NCBI RefSeq assembly: GCF_000485595.1
Contig: NW_014577086.1
Span: forward strand, 58,617-78,616
Length of the DNA: 20,000 nt
Source: Priapulus caudatus
Lineage: Eukaryota
Reading direction: 5' to 3'
Part shown: positions 1 through 11,032 of the stretch, in pieces
Position numbering within the stretch: position 1 is the first letter of the stretch
How the letters are laid out: every line of letters starts with the position of its first letter
Position numbers and translations under genes: made by a program
Notes under the pieces: generated by a model
The model's input: only the letters and a program-made list of their open reading frames with translations
Database searches by the model: none
What the model was told of the DNA's origin: nothing

Positions 1-435
1 TAAAACTAAATGTATCCAGTGTCGCATAACTATTGTTAATTATTTTTTATTGCCGTAAAAAACACTGTCTATCGTAATCCAAGATACTCGCAAAGATAGC
101 GAGGTCATTAGAACTATATACTTCTCTGCAACAGGAACTTACCAACAGCACATTACCGTAGACTAACAGTATCGATATCTATATTATTAGATATTGTTAG
201 TCTATGATATTACCACGTGGCACAACATCTGCGTGCTGGCTGGGGATGCAAATATACGAACTGATTTCATTGTATTTTTGTCTTTCATGACAAAATACTC
301 ATTTTCCGTATGTGAGAAACTAGCTACGCAGTGCACCATAGCAGTGCTTAGTTTAACTGGTGAATGGTTCACCCAAAGGTGAATGAAATTATTTTAGGGT
401 GAATGAAACTAGAGGAGTGAATGAAGGGTGGAATT

Positions 436-819
436 CAGGCCCGTTCCAAGCTTTTCAAAAAGGGGGTGGCATGACATGAGTAGGCATAATTAAAAATTTC
501 TGTGACATAATGTGCGCGAAGCGCTCATCACGAGCGCGAAGTCTCTCATGGCCGGGGTCCAGGACCCGCTGAAAGACCCTGAAAGCTCGGGGTTTTAGAC
601 GCTCTCTGGTACAAACTGAGCCTTATCTTGGAGCATTTTTGCACACAATTTATGGCCAATATTTCAGAAATAATTTTGGTTGAGTCAAGAGTCATGAATG
701 ATGAGTCAATGAATTGCGCAACGAATTCACTTGCCGGCTAAATAACTAATTCCCGGGGTAAACTCTGGAAAAAAGGCGCGCGACGCACCCATCGCACCCT
801 CCCCCTTCGGACGACCATG
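436..819. mobile_element. Degenerate CAGG-ended MITE-like element
   Basis: GC-richer island starting CAGGCCCGTTCC and ending CGGACGACCATG (loose inversion), flanks GAATT/GAATA (4/5). The internal GGGGTCCAGG...GAAAGCT motif is of a kind common in invertebrate hAT-like MITEs. Confidence 0.4.
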
Positions 820-2050
820 GAATAAAACAGAAAAGGTGAAGACTTAATTTACTCGGTATATGATATCTCGCTATACAATAAAAGGCATTGCCATTAAAGT
901 CGTTAGTAATTATCGTTAGCGCTCTTATTCTCTTATTCTTATTCTCTTAGTCGTTAGTGCTCTTATTGCACTGCAGCTGAAAATTTGATGTTTTTTCTCT
1001 CTACCTGCTTTTCTAATTTCAAAGTAGCAGGATATTTCCCAAATTTACCGTAATATAACCTTTTGGGGGCGACCAGACGATCTAGTGGGATCATAAAGAT
1101 ATAAATGGCAACACTAGTGGAGGATCGCCATAGACAACTATTGAACTGTAACTTTACTGCGAGTTGTTAATTTAGCTACTTTTCTGATAAAACTAGAATT
1201 CTACATAATAAGCAGATCTGAGCACCGTTTTGGGCGATCTAAAGTTAGATTGTGCAAGGGAGAGTAAGACGAAAATAACCAAAAACAAGGTAATTTAGTC
1301 GCGGGCAAATGAAATTTTGCGATAAAGACTCGATGGTGAATGACACTGCAATAGTTTAAGAAGCACTGTACCATAGCGCACTATTTTATCAGTTATTATA
1401 GAGGGTGTAGGCGTATTAATTCGGTGCAAGTTCTATTTTCGGTGATATCACGGTTCATACTACGCTATATATATAGTGAAGTGCAATACGACAATTCTCG
1501 CTAACGGAGATTTGCTTGGGTTGTAATGACATGTAATGACATAAGATTGCATGGCAGAGGATGTGTGCAGTCGTGAATTAGTCGGAGGTATTTCGGCAGA
1601 TTGTCCTGCTGAAACAGTAAATAAATTGAGATAGGGGAGGTTTGAGGGAAGTGGAGAGATGAAGGAGGCAGAGAGGGGGAAGGGTGGAAAGGAGTCGGAG
1701 AAGAAAGACGGAAAAAAGCGTGAATCGAGCAAGGGATGCAGGGATGGTCAGTTAGTTACGGAAAGCTAACGAGAAATAATGGGGCCTGGCGGAAAACAAC
1801 CTGCGGGAAATATCTTTGATTTCCACTATAGATATCCATAGATATCTAATAATACAAGGAATCTTATTATAATTAAAATGTATAACAAACTAACTTATTA
1901 GAGATAATACAAGTCAGAAGAAACGCTCACAAATAGCTCATGACGAAAATGACCCTCATACATTGTGCACACAGGAGGTATATAGTCACAATGTAAAAAT
2001 ACAGACCAAAGTTCGACGGTAGACTTCGCTCAGAGGACAGACTATTTCAG

Positions 2051-2408
2051 NNNNNNNNNNNNNNNNNNNNNNNNNNNNNNNNNNNNNNNNNNNNNNNNNN
2101 NNNNNNNNNNNNNNNNNNNNNNNNNNNNNNNNNNNNNNNNNNNNNNNNNNNNNNNNNNNNNNNNNNNNNNNNNNNNNNNNNNNNNNNNNNNNNNNNNNNN
2201 NNNNNNNNNNNNNNNNNNNNNNNNNNNNNNNNNNNNNNNNNNNNNNNNNNNNNNNNNNNNNNNNNNNNNNNNNNNNNNNNNNNNNNNNNNNNNNNNNNNN
2301 NNNNNNNNNNNNNNNNNNNNNNNNNNNNNNNNNNNNNNNNNNNNNNNNNNNNNNNNNNNNNNNNNNNNNNNNNNNNNNNNNNNNNNNNNNNNNNNNNNNN
2401 NNNNNNNN
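2051..2408. other. Assembly gap (358 N)
   Basis: Run of N. Confidence 1.
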
Positions 2409-2705
2409 GCACGCACGCACGCACGCACGCACGAACGCACGTGTACGTACACACGTACGCACGCACGTATACGTGCACACGCACGCACACACGCACGCAC
2501 GTTTACATACACACGCACGAACGCACGTGTACGTACACACGTACGCACGCACGTATACGTGCACACGCACGCACACACGCACGCACGTTTACATACACAC
2601 GCACGAACGCACGTGTACGTACACACGTACGCACTCACGCACGCACGTATACGTGCACACGCACGCACACACGCACGCACGTTTACATACACACGCACGA
2701 ACGCA
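2409..2705. repeat. Compound (ACGC/AC)n satellite with an 86-bp higher-order unit
   Basis: ACGAACGCA recurs at 2431, 2517, 2603 and 2697 (periods 86, 86, 94). Almost pure purine-pyrimidine alternation; abuts the gap. Confidence 0.9.
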
Positions 2706-4164
2706 TGCATAATAAATCGGTAATAATCGCTATCGGGTGTTGTCGTGCAGACGCTACATAATCGCTAACTCGAGTTAACGCTTAACTATATAATATCTTT
2801 GCTTTCCACTATAGATATCTAATAATACAAGGGATCTTATTATAATTAAAATGTATAACAAACTAACTTATTAGAGATAATACAAGTCAGAAGAAACGCT
2901 CACAAATAGCTCATAACGAAAATGACCCTCATACATTGTGCACACACGAGGTATACAGTCACAATGTAAAAATACAGACCAAAGTTCGACGGTGGACGTG
3001 GCTCAGAGGACAGACTATTTCAGTCAGGTATGACTTTTTTTCAGAACGTACGAAGCCAGGCATAGTGGGGCCCTGCTAATGTTTTGAATTTGAAATAAAT
3101 TTCATATCACTCTTGCGATTATCAATAGAGTATGATCCGTACTTCCCACTGACATGCGATTAGTTCACTCTTCGAAAAAATATGAAAATCTTAATCTAGC
3201 CAAGTTCGTCTTTGTTATTTAGCCAAACCAAAAAAGCAAGCTTTGAAGTCGCCATACTTAGAAAACATCTTCTAATCGAAGAAATATAAAAATCTGAATC
3301 TATTCAAGTTTCTCTTTTGATCATCAAAAGACTAGCGTACCTTTGAACCATTCACACTTCTATGCAATATCTATGGAAAATATCTAAGCGAACATCTATA
3401 GAAGTGTTTGTAGCTGTACCCAATGCGAAATTCAACGTTTAGATTGGCAAAAGGCAAATGTATATATTTGAACGTAACCGGCATAGAAACAATAAGCGTT
3501 TGTATAAATATAAAATAGTTCAGGCATGAAGAATCTAATCGCGTCAATCGTGAAATTGAGAAGTGCTACTTGTATGTGTATATTATCAAGAGCTCATAAT
3601 AGAGATCTTGATATTATCCAATGCATCTCGTACATATATTAACCATACTCGGTAACGGCCGAGACAGATTTTTAAGCGTAATTCTCTACACTGCCCTAAG
3701 TGACTCCTACCAACACCACCAATTTTCGACTGGTAATATGATATCTTCCGTTTCATTAAGCACCTCCCTTATATCGAAACGTTTTCCATTTGTGTAAAAA
3801 ATTTCTCAAATGTTGTTCAACTTCTTCAAAAATTAAATGTGAATGTGCAGTAAGAAGTGTGAAGTAAATACGTTTACGAGGTTTATGGATTATAAACCAA
3901 GCACCACCTCATATAACCTAGATACGATCAATATACAACTGCCAATACGTAGCTTTTCATACAAACGATTAACAATGCAACATTCTAATATATTATTCTT
4001 AATATGGTTAGCATAATTTTTCACCAAAAATATTTGTATAATTCTGAATTTATTACCCTTGATGCTTTACTACATTTGGTATACATTTCATATAATGTAA
4101 GTTAGTGAATGTAGTCATAACTAATTTGGCATACAGCATTTTGTCCACTTTGGCAGTATAGAAA

Positions 4165-4319
4165 TAGCAGTAGCAGCAGCAGCAACAGCAGCAACAACAA
4201 CAACAACAGCAGCAGCAATAGCAGCAGCAGCAACACCAACAACAAGAGCAGCAGCAGCAGCAGCAACGCAACAACAACAACAACAACGACAACAGTAACA
4301 ACCGCAGCAGCAGCAGCAG
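4165..4319. repeat. (CAG/CAA)n trinucleotide microsatellite
   Basis: Mixed CAG/CAA triplets with occasional TAG. Confidence 0.95.
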
Positions 4320-5616
4320 TGGTATATAGATCTACGGCCTTATAGTCAGCCACTCAATATTGCGAGCAGAGTAAGCAGCACATGGCCTTCACCCCTTCCA
4401 TGCCAATAGTATTACAGATAATGACTTTCTCTCATCCTATCGTAAGTAGTACATAAGCATTTGTCTAACGTTAGTCACCACCGGGAACCTAACACCCAGA
4501 GTAATGATAAAAGCTTATAAAGCTATCCTGAATACTGATGTAGGGTTAGGGTTAGGACTTAGGGTATAATGCAAGGTAAATTTTAGGGTATAAGATAATA
4601 AGGTAAATATCCTGCTAAGTATAATGTCCGTAACGATAAGACCTTTAATAAAAAGTGACATTTCGTGTACGTTTAGGAAATTAAATACATAGCCCTCCGC
4701 TCCGCCGCAGGAGGGTTATAGTTCTAGAGCTACATGCGTGCGTGCATAGACATTCTACATTAGATAAACAGATTAGGAAAAGTTGGATAAACAAATACAT
4801 GGAAAAGATATGCATTTATTGAAACTCGTAACTCGGTTTTCTGCTAATCGAAAATAAAATTGAACAAAATGTGTAGCTACACATCCAAATACAATTCTCG
4901 TATAGAAATATTTAGTCAAACTGGATAACCAGTTATAAAATTGTAACCATTATAAAATATTTCAATAAACCGGGAAGCAATTCATAGCCACATCGCTTTC
5001 ACTTCAAAAATCAGCAACAGGCACGAGAAGACTATACAGTAACGTTACTTCTTAAAGCTACAAATATAATTTATATAATATAATTATAATATTATATAAA
5101 TTATAATTTTCTATAATTAGCTTTGTTCACGTCTGTAAATCAAAATGTTGCCGATTGCATATAAACATTGACATTCTTACACAAATGTATACATAGTTAG
5201 CATCTGTGTTGCAAACACAATTGGCTGATATCACATGCAGGCTTATTATTAAAAATTATAGGTATACTTTCTCTCGTGTTCTTCATATGTGCTAAGATAT
5301 GGACCACGTTGGCACTATAGTATAAAGTGTAAACCCTTATCTCACGACAAGGAGAAAAACTACCTTCATAAACAACACACGCCACACAATCACGACAACT
5401 CTGTCAAGTGTCCCATGCAAAAAGTAATTCTGAACTTGGATAGTAGGACAATGAGAATACAAACTCATAAGGCTAAGTAAGCAGACTATTTACAGATTTC
5501 AGTAATAATACTTATCTCTCACCATGCAACAAACAGAGTGAAATTTCATTCACAGCCAACACGGTGCCTGGCAATAACGTGTGGTTAAACACATCATTGC
5601 AGTGGGAATATAAACT

Positions 5617-7242
5617 TTAACAGACTTTAGGTTCGGAAGCATTGGCACTCTTTGGCATGTCTGCTGTCAACCAGCGGGTGTAAAGGGCAATGGCAGATGC
5701 CCACAGCGATAAGTTGGTAAGTCCTATAGCGATGTACAGCAGGAGAAATGGCCCACTCATATGCATTATGCGGTAGAGAACAATATTGTGATAGAAGAAG
5801 ATTCCTGTTCCAACACATAGGTTAATTCCTGCCAGCAGGAACATCCCTGTGTGATAAAAACACTGTGTGAGATTTATTGAGCATGACTCTCCATGACATT
5901 TTAATAATGACATCATTAATAATACAATAATCAAGAGTAAAGTAACAAACTGCAATTGCTTATATATATCAATTTCAGCTACCCTGGCACTTGGGTTATG
6001 CATAGACATAACATGATGCAAACCCGATTTCTAAGTGCCATGTAGATGCAGCAATAGCAACGAATTGATTTGCAGCTGTTATGTTCCCTTTCATAGTGTT
6101 ACTTAGAAGAGTGCAATTTGTAAAAATGACCTCGTTCAAGACTACTGCACCTTTTATTATATAATACTGTTGGCAAAAGTAACCGCTGCAATGATTAGAT
6201 TACAGGTTCCTCGATTCAGCTAGACAAAATTTCTAACTAAATTTAAATATAGGAGAAATGTACTCGTATGACAATGGGTTTACCAATTAATATTATATAT
6301 GACCATGAGTTTATGAACTTACCTATTGCAACTTCTTTGGCAAAGTAGACATATTCATGTACCCAGGCTGCTACACCTACTACTGTTAAGAGAAAGCTGT
6401 TCCTGCACCAACTTAGATAGCCTGTGACAAAAGCAGACTACATAATCAAACTTAGATCAATAAACACACACACAAGGTATACACAATTTTATTCTAGATG
6501 TGGTTTACTTTATCAAATTGTATTGCTTTTCCATTACCCAGTTGGGCACAACAATTTTGCAACCCCCACCACAGGAGTTTGCTAACGCTATGGCCCTGAT
6601 ATGTCAATGTTGCAATTTCCATAAACGTTGTATATAGCACAGTCTTTGACAAGGGAAACATCTATAAACGAAAAGTGACACATGCCTAAACACACGCATG
6701 CACGCACCGTAAAACGCTTATGACCTCCCAAGAGAAAACGAGTAATATCCCAAACTTGCCAGTTGCAGACACACAAATATCACAACATATCTGTACATCG
6801 CATTCCACCTTGATCACGTACCTATCATACATAATCTGGAAGATGCAATTTAGCTCAGAACTGGGTTTGGAGTTTGCACTAGTCTACTACTGACCATATT
6901 CACCAGCAGGAAGATTAGAACCATAGCGGACGTGAAGCTTAGTTAATTCATTGACGGAACTAGCCTGAACATGGTCAGAAGCACTACACAGTTCCTTAAA
7001 GATCAGATATACTTTGTGACAGGTAGTAAGTCGCCAACATTACCAAGAATGACATAACAACATCAGAATCTTTTTTCTAGCAGAAAACCAGTAGCTGTCC
7101 TCATGCAGCTATACAACCCTCACTACCTGTGTTCGTCCCACAATCGACTATAGATGCCTCTTTGTATGAGATCCACCAGTCCTGAGACCAACATACACGT
7201 ACTGCACAGAGATGACAGCTATGCACAGACGTGCAGCAGCCC
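5617..7242 (-). pseudogene. Probable decayed multi-pass membrane protein gene (claudin/PMP22-like)
   Basis: An intact terminal exon 5846-5617 (acacag|GG ATG) encodes two hydrophobic helices (MFLLAGINLCVGTGIFF; GPFLLLYIAIGLTNLSLWASAIALY). A phase-1 donor at 6822 (ATAG|gtacgt) joins it in frame. The same frame upstream reads LSFTSAMVLIFLLVNMV and GLYSC but carries 7 stops between 7242 and 6822. The family assignment is inference. Confidence 0.45.
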
Positions 7243-7433
7243 CTGTAAGTAATTAAGGTGCCCAAGACCAGTCCCTTTGAGATGCACTCACAAATTAGGG
7301 CATGTACTGTACTAGAGCTTCTTACAGCTCAGTCAGACCATGGAATTGCTCCAACCCCCAAGAGTGTCATGACTCAAAAGACAGTTGAATGCTTTCTGTA
7401 AAGCGAACCAACAGACTGTGAGCAATCATTACT

Positions 7434-7437
7434 TATA

Positions 7438-7491
<54 letters not shown>

Positions 7492-7497
7492 CATATA
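7434..7497. repeat. (TA)n microsatellite
   Basis: Directly visible dinucleotide run with a few interruptions. Confidence 0.95.
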
Positions 7498-7910
7498 TTG
7501 CCCAAGACACAGCCTGATTATTACTATTAGCCACCAGAGTATAACGGGAACCCCTTTTAGAGGGAGGTTTCACAATTCTAACCAAAAGTGCACAATCCAT
7601 GTGCTTACCGCCCTACTATTGTGTTGCAAAGCTTTTTTGCAGATCAAAGGCCACACAAGTAGAACTTTCATGCAACCCTATAAGCTCCATGCATGCTCTG
7701 CGCAATAGGATCCACGGTATAAAGGCTACGAGGATGAGTTATGTAGGGAGAAATCGTGGAATTTGTCAGACCTGTCAGACAGAACGTGTATTTTTGGCAG
7801 GTCCGGCTGATTTTTCTTACGTTTCATACTGACTGTCCAGCTCCATTTTCCCTGCAGCTGGGCGATGTTCATTACGACTACAAAAAATCAGTGGGTCCAA
7901 CGACAATTAA

Positions 7911-8281
7911 ATTGACTACGTCACGAATTTTCCTATGGTAAAATTTGTAAAATTTTTGTTGCCATTTTTTACATTAAAGTAAGAACTAACGGGACTAAAC
8001 GTATCGTAAAATCATCTACCTGCTAGATGTGTTCTCACTAGTTAAAAATCCAAAAAACCTAGACGATTTTGATATTAGTGTTCCTGCACATTTAATTGCT
8101 TGTATGGCGCTATGTTGCGTCACGAGTGTATGTTTCACATCAAACCAATAATATAGATAAAATTTTAGAAGTATACATGCAGCGCAATTTAACCCATAAA
8201 AAGGTGAACAGAAATTACTTATATTTTGTGAAAAATTAGAAATATTTTTTTATTTTTAGTATTTACGGTGACGTAATCACT
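7911..8281. mobile_element. Kolobok-like MITE (TTAA target)
   Basis: TTAA|ATTGACTACGTCAC ... GTGACGTAATCACT|TTAA; 14-bp TIR with 2 mismatches, TTAA at 7907-7910 and 8282-8285. Confidence 0.7.
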
Positions 8282-8386
8282 TTAAGTCCCTTACCACTTG
8301 CCGGCCGAGTCCGGGCCCATTGCCGGCTGAGAAAGAAACTTTACTTTCCCTGTACATATAGGTGGCTCTATATATATATATATATA

Positions 8387-8927
8387 CATTAAAACTCGCA
8401 TGAGTCGTCATCGTCTAACTCGTCAATTAGCATAATTCGTCATGGAAGTCAAAGCTCCGATTTTCTCTCATAGTAACTCCATTGGAATAGCCCCGCCTAA
8501 GTCGGCATTTATAAGCTGTCATTATGTGCAAGTCATCGCCCCCAGACAGGTACCATGTAATACAAACAACAGTAATTTCCCGTCTGTAAGTTGTCATCAG
8601 AAATGACGATGGCGCAGTGTACGGTCTAGGGGATGTGATGCAGATCTATATGCGCTTAGGTCAAACCGACGAGCGCTTGTAGTATAGCCAGTAGTAGCCT
8701 ATACTCCCTGATTTACTGTCGGACTCCCTGATTTAACACATGCAGTAGTCCGTGTGACTCCCTGAAAATTCTGCTATACTAACTAGTTTGTTCCAGAGAA
8801 CGGCCTTGCGGAAAATTACCGTATTTTTTCAGCAATTGTTCCAAGAAAATTTGGCATATGTCGTCATTTTCGTAAGTCGGCACAAATATGCTGGTCCTAA
8901 AAGTGTCGACTTATGCGAGTTTTACTG
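8387..8927. mobile_element. Tc1/mariner (pogo/Tigger-like) MITE
   Basis: 24-bp TIRs: left CATTAAAACTCGCATGAGTCGTCA vs reverse complement of right CAGTAAAACTCGCATAAGTCGACA (3 mismatches). Inserted in a (TA)n tract (TA left, TG/TA right). Internal TAAGTCGGCA subterminal repeats. Confidence 0.8.
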
Positions 8928-9917
8928 TGTATATATATAAAATAATATAGATATCAATAAGAATACAAGTTTCAGCACACATATTAAGGTACTCCAACTT
9001 CAAGAAGACACTATATACAACCTAACAGTAACATCACATGTGCGAACTATATATACCGGTGTCCCAAACTAGGATTGTCCAACACATTCATTATATATAT
9101 ATTTATATATATAAGTTATAACTATATACCTATCTAACTTTTTTGGCTTATGACTGCCATTGACATATTTTGCATACCATTTTCGTTAGCAAGACGCACT
9201 ACCCATCCAATGCGTATCGGATCCGTTTCATCACTGTATTTGAGTAGCGAAAGCCTCACTGTTCGTCCAGCTCCTGCTCTAGCTTTTAGCAAAATCGGTT
9301 CGATTTGTGTTCTGCTTGTTGTTCGCCTTTGAGTGTGACTGTTGATATGGGTTTGTTTACTAAATAATTGCTGACGCTGTCGCTGTCGCCGGGTTTCAAT
9401 CTGACTCTGACCACTACCAAAGCCAATGACATTTCTTGTAAGATTATTAAAACATAGGTTGAACCGAAATAACGAAGTACGTTGAATACTCTGACGTAGC
9501 GTAGATTGAAACATAATGTAAAATTCTTCACACTCGTTGTCGACTTCTTTCCAACCAAGGACTGAAGGAGCTCCTTGTTTCCAACAAGTGACCTCACTAG
9601 GAGGCGCTAATGCATGCTTATCTTGTATCGTAGACCGGACCCACCGTCCGCTATTTTGCAAAATTACCAGAGTGAACAGAAAAGATAACCAGTCCACGCC
9701 CGCCTTTCTTGCCGCCGTTTACAGATTTCTCCTGTTCTAACCTGTTCTGTTCTGTTCTGTTTAACCTGTTCTGTTCCTGTTCTGTTAGTAAATCTACGTT
9801 GTAAAGAACAGCAGTGGCCTACCCCGTGATCCACGGCGTAAAGATTCTTAGACAAGCCACAAGGTAACCAGTCCACGAACTATAACGCGGTCTAGCCTAT
9901 AGTACTGCTCAAGAGTC

Positions 9918-10100
9918 AAGGGGTCGTTGTCGTATCACTATCAGGTACGTACTACAGATAGTAGTCCGAGATTCCTCTGACCAATGCCCACACCGACGAT
10001 TTTGGTGACGACGGCCTAACCCACACCAAAACCACCAAAATCGTCGGTGTGGGCATTGGTCAGAGGAATCTCGGACTATACAGATAGGTAACCGAGGTAC
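9918..10100. mobile_element. Degenerate fragment of the 19570-19717 MITE family, interrupted by the hairpin element
   Basis: AAGGGGTCGTTGTCGTAT is shared. Removing the insertion and one TSD restores GTACTACAGATAGGTAACCGAGGTAC, which aligns with GTACTACATATATGTACTCGAGGTAAC at about 19591. Confidence 0.7.
9962..10078. mobile_element. 117-bp palindromic (hairpin) non-autonomous element with 9-bp TSD
   Basis: Perfect 46-bp inverted arms at 9962-10007 and 10033-10078 with a 25-bp spacer. Exact direct repeat TACAGATAG at 9953-9961 and 10079-10087. Confidence 0.9.
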
Positions 10101-10572
10101 ATTCTGTAGGTGCAAATCCACTTTAGGCACCTTAGCCTTAGGTATCACGAAGTGAATCTTAACCCACTGATGCACTGACTTTCCTTATATCAAGGATTGA
10201 TGCACAAATGTTTAACTGCCCACATAGCCATGCTAAAAAGCGCCACATATCGGACAAAAATACTACTATTATACCACTAAAAATTATGTTGTGTATTTTT
10301 AGCTCATCTGACATAGTCAGATGTAGACCAATAAATTGTGCCCTAAAATTTTTTTATATTCTGGTGTTATTTTAGGGCCCAATAGGCTTCCATAGACAAA
10401 ACCTGTGAATTCCGACATGCAAAATGCACGACAACCTTTTGACTATTTACGGCCGTGTTACATAGAAAATCAAAGAAATACATAAAGCCGTCGCTTTATT
10501 AACATCTTACCTACATTACAAAACACTTGTCATGCAGTATTCTCACGGTCGGACATCCGGGACCTTTCGCCG

Positions 10573-10600
10573 TCCCACAATTCATTGCGCGTATAGCAAC
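10573..10600 (+). promoter_or_regulatory. Putative promoter: Staf/ZNF143-like site next to an RFX X-box half-site
   Basis: TCCCACAATTCATTGCG (10573-10589) is one base from the Staf/ZNF143 core TCCCAnAATGCATTGCG. It is followed by ATAGCAAC (RGYAAC half-site) in a CpG-containing patch about 120 bp upstream of the THAP ATG. Confidence 0.45.
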
Positions 10601-10717
10601 CAACGCGAAGGGGCAAACATTGCTCATTAAAGGGACGCTAAGTATAGGCAATACCTGAAGCTAGAGAGTAGTGCGATCGTTTATTTTGCAGTTTAGTAGT
10701 TTGAATCAGCAACTAAA

Positions 10718-10946
10718 ATGGTTAAAAGCTGTTGTGTGTTTCGTTGCACAAATAACAAAGCGAAGAACCATGAACTTTCGTTTTATTTAATACCAAGTGA
10801 AGCTACTGAACCCGAGAGAAGAGTACTGTGGCTAAAAGCTATCAATCGCGGCACGCAGGAAGGCAGTGGCAGTGCCAGTGGCAGTGGATCTCTATGGCAG
10901 CCCAAGTCTGACTACACCTATGTTTGTTCAGCTCATTTCATATCAG
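10718..10946 (+). CDS. THAP zinc-finger domain first exon (probably transposon-derived; continuation not visible)
   Basis: MVKSCCVFRCTN...LSFYLIP...RRVLWLKAINR...WQPK...YVCSAHFISG matches the C2CH THAP signature (C-x4-C, F..P, W...I.R, CS.HF). It ends at a phase-1 donor TCAG|gttagt. The C-terminal AVP-type motif is absent, and an N-gap follows at 11023. Confidence 0.85.
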
Positions 10947-11022
10947 GTTAGTACTTTCATGAGTGATTATACTTAGTTATAAGCAAAATTCTTTAGAAAA
11001 TAGATAGAATGCCACACAGTGT

Positions 11023-11032
11023 NNNNNNNNNN
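11023..11032. other. Assembly gap (10 N, true size unknown)
   Basis: Run of N between the THAP exon and the minisatellite. Confidence 1.

Larger units (their letters stand above)
1810..3023 (+). repeat. Direct duplication of about 230 bp (1810-2050 vs 2793-3023) spanning the assembly gap
   Basis: Near-identical copies ending ...GGACAGACTATTTCAG, differing by about 8 substitutions and a 10-bp indel. The first copy ends exactly at the gap. Confidence 0.9.

Noticed and set aside
1986..2761. Long ORFs rich in V/C/R/A or H/T/R
   Set aside because: They are translations of the ACGC satellite and the N-gap.
3648..3663. CTCGGTAACGGCCGAG hairpin as a Helitron 3' end
   Set aside because: No appropriately spaced CTRR terminus or other element boundary was found.
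4053..4353. Poly-Cys, poly-Leu or poly-Gln ORFs
   Set aside because: They come from the CAG/CAA microsatellite; the polyQ frame is interrupted by TAG and no exon context is evident.
6822..7242. In-frame stops as evidence of stop-codon recoding or an alternative genetic code
   Set aside because: All three stop types occur, and VIPAS39 and the docking-domain gene translate cleanly with the standard code; decay is the simpler explanation.
10627..10640. TTAA|AGGGAC as the left end of a Kolobok element encoding the THAP protein
   Set aside because: No matching right TIR is visible and the gap prevents testing; kept only as a possibility.
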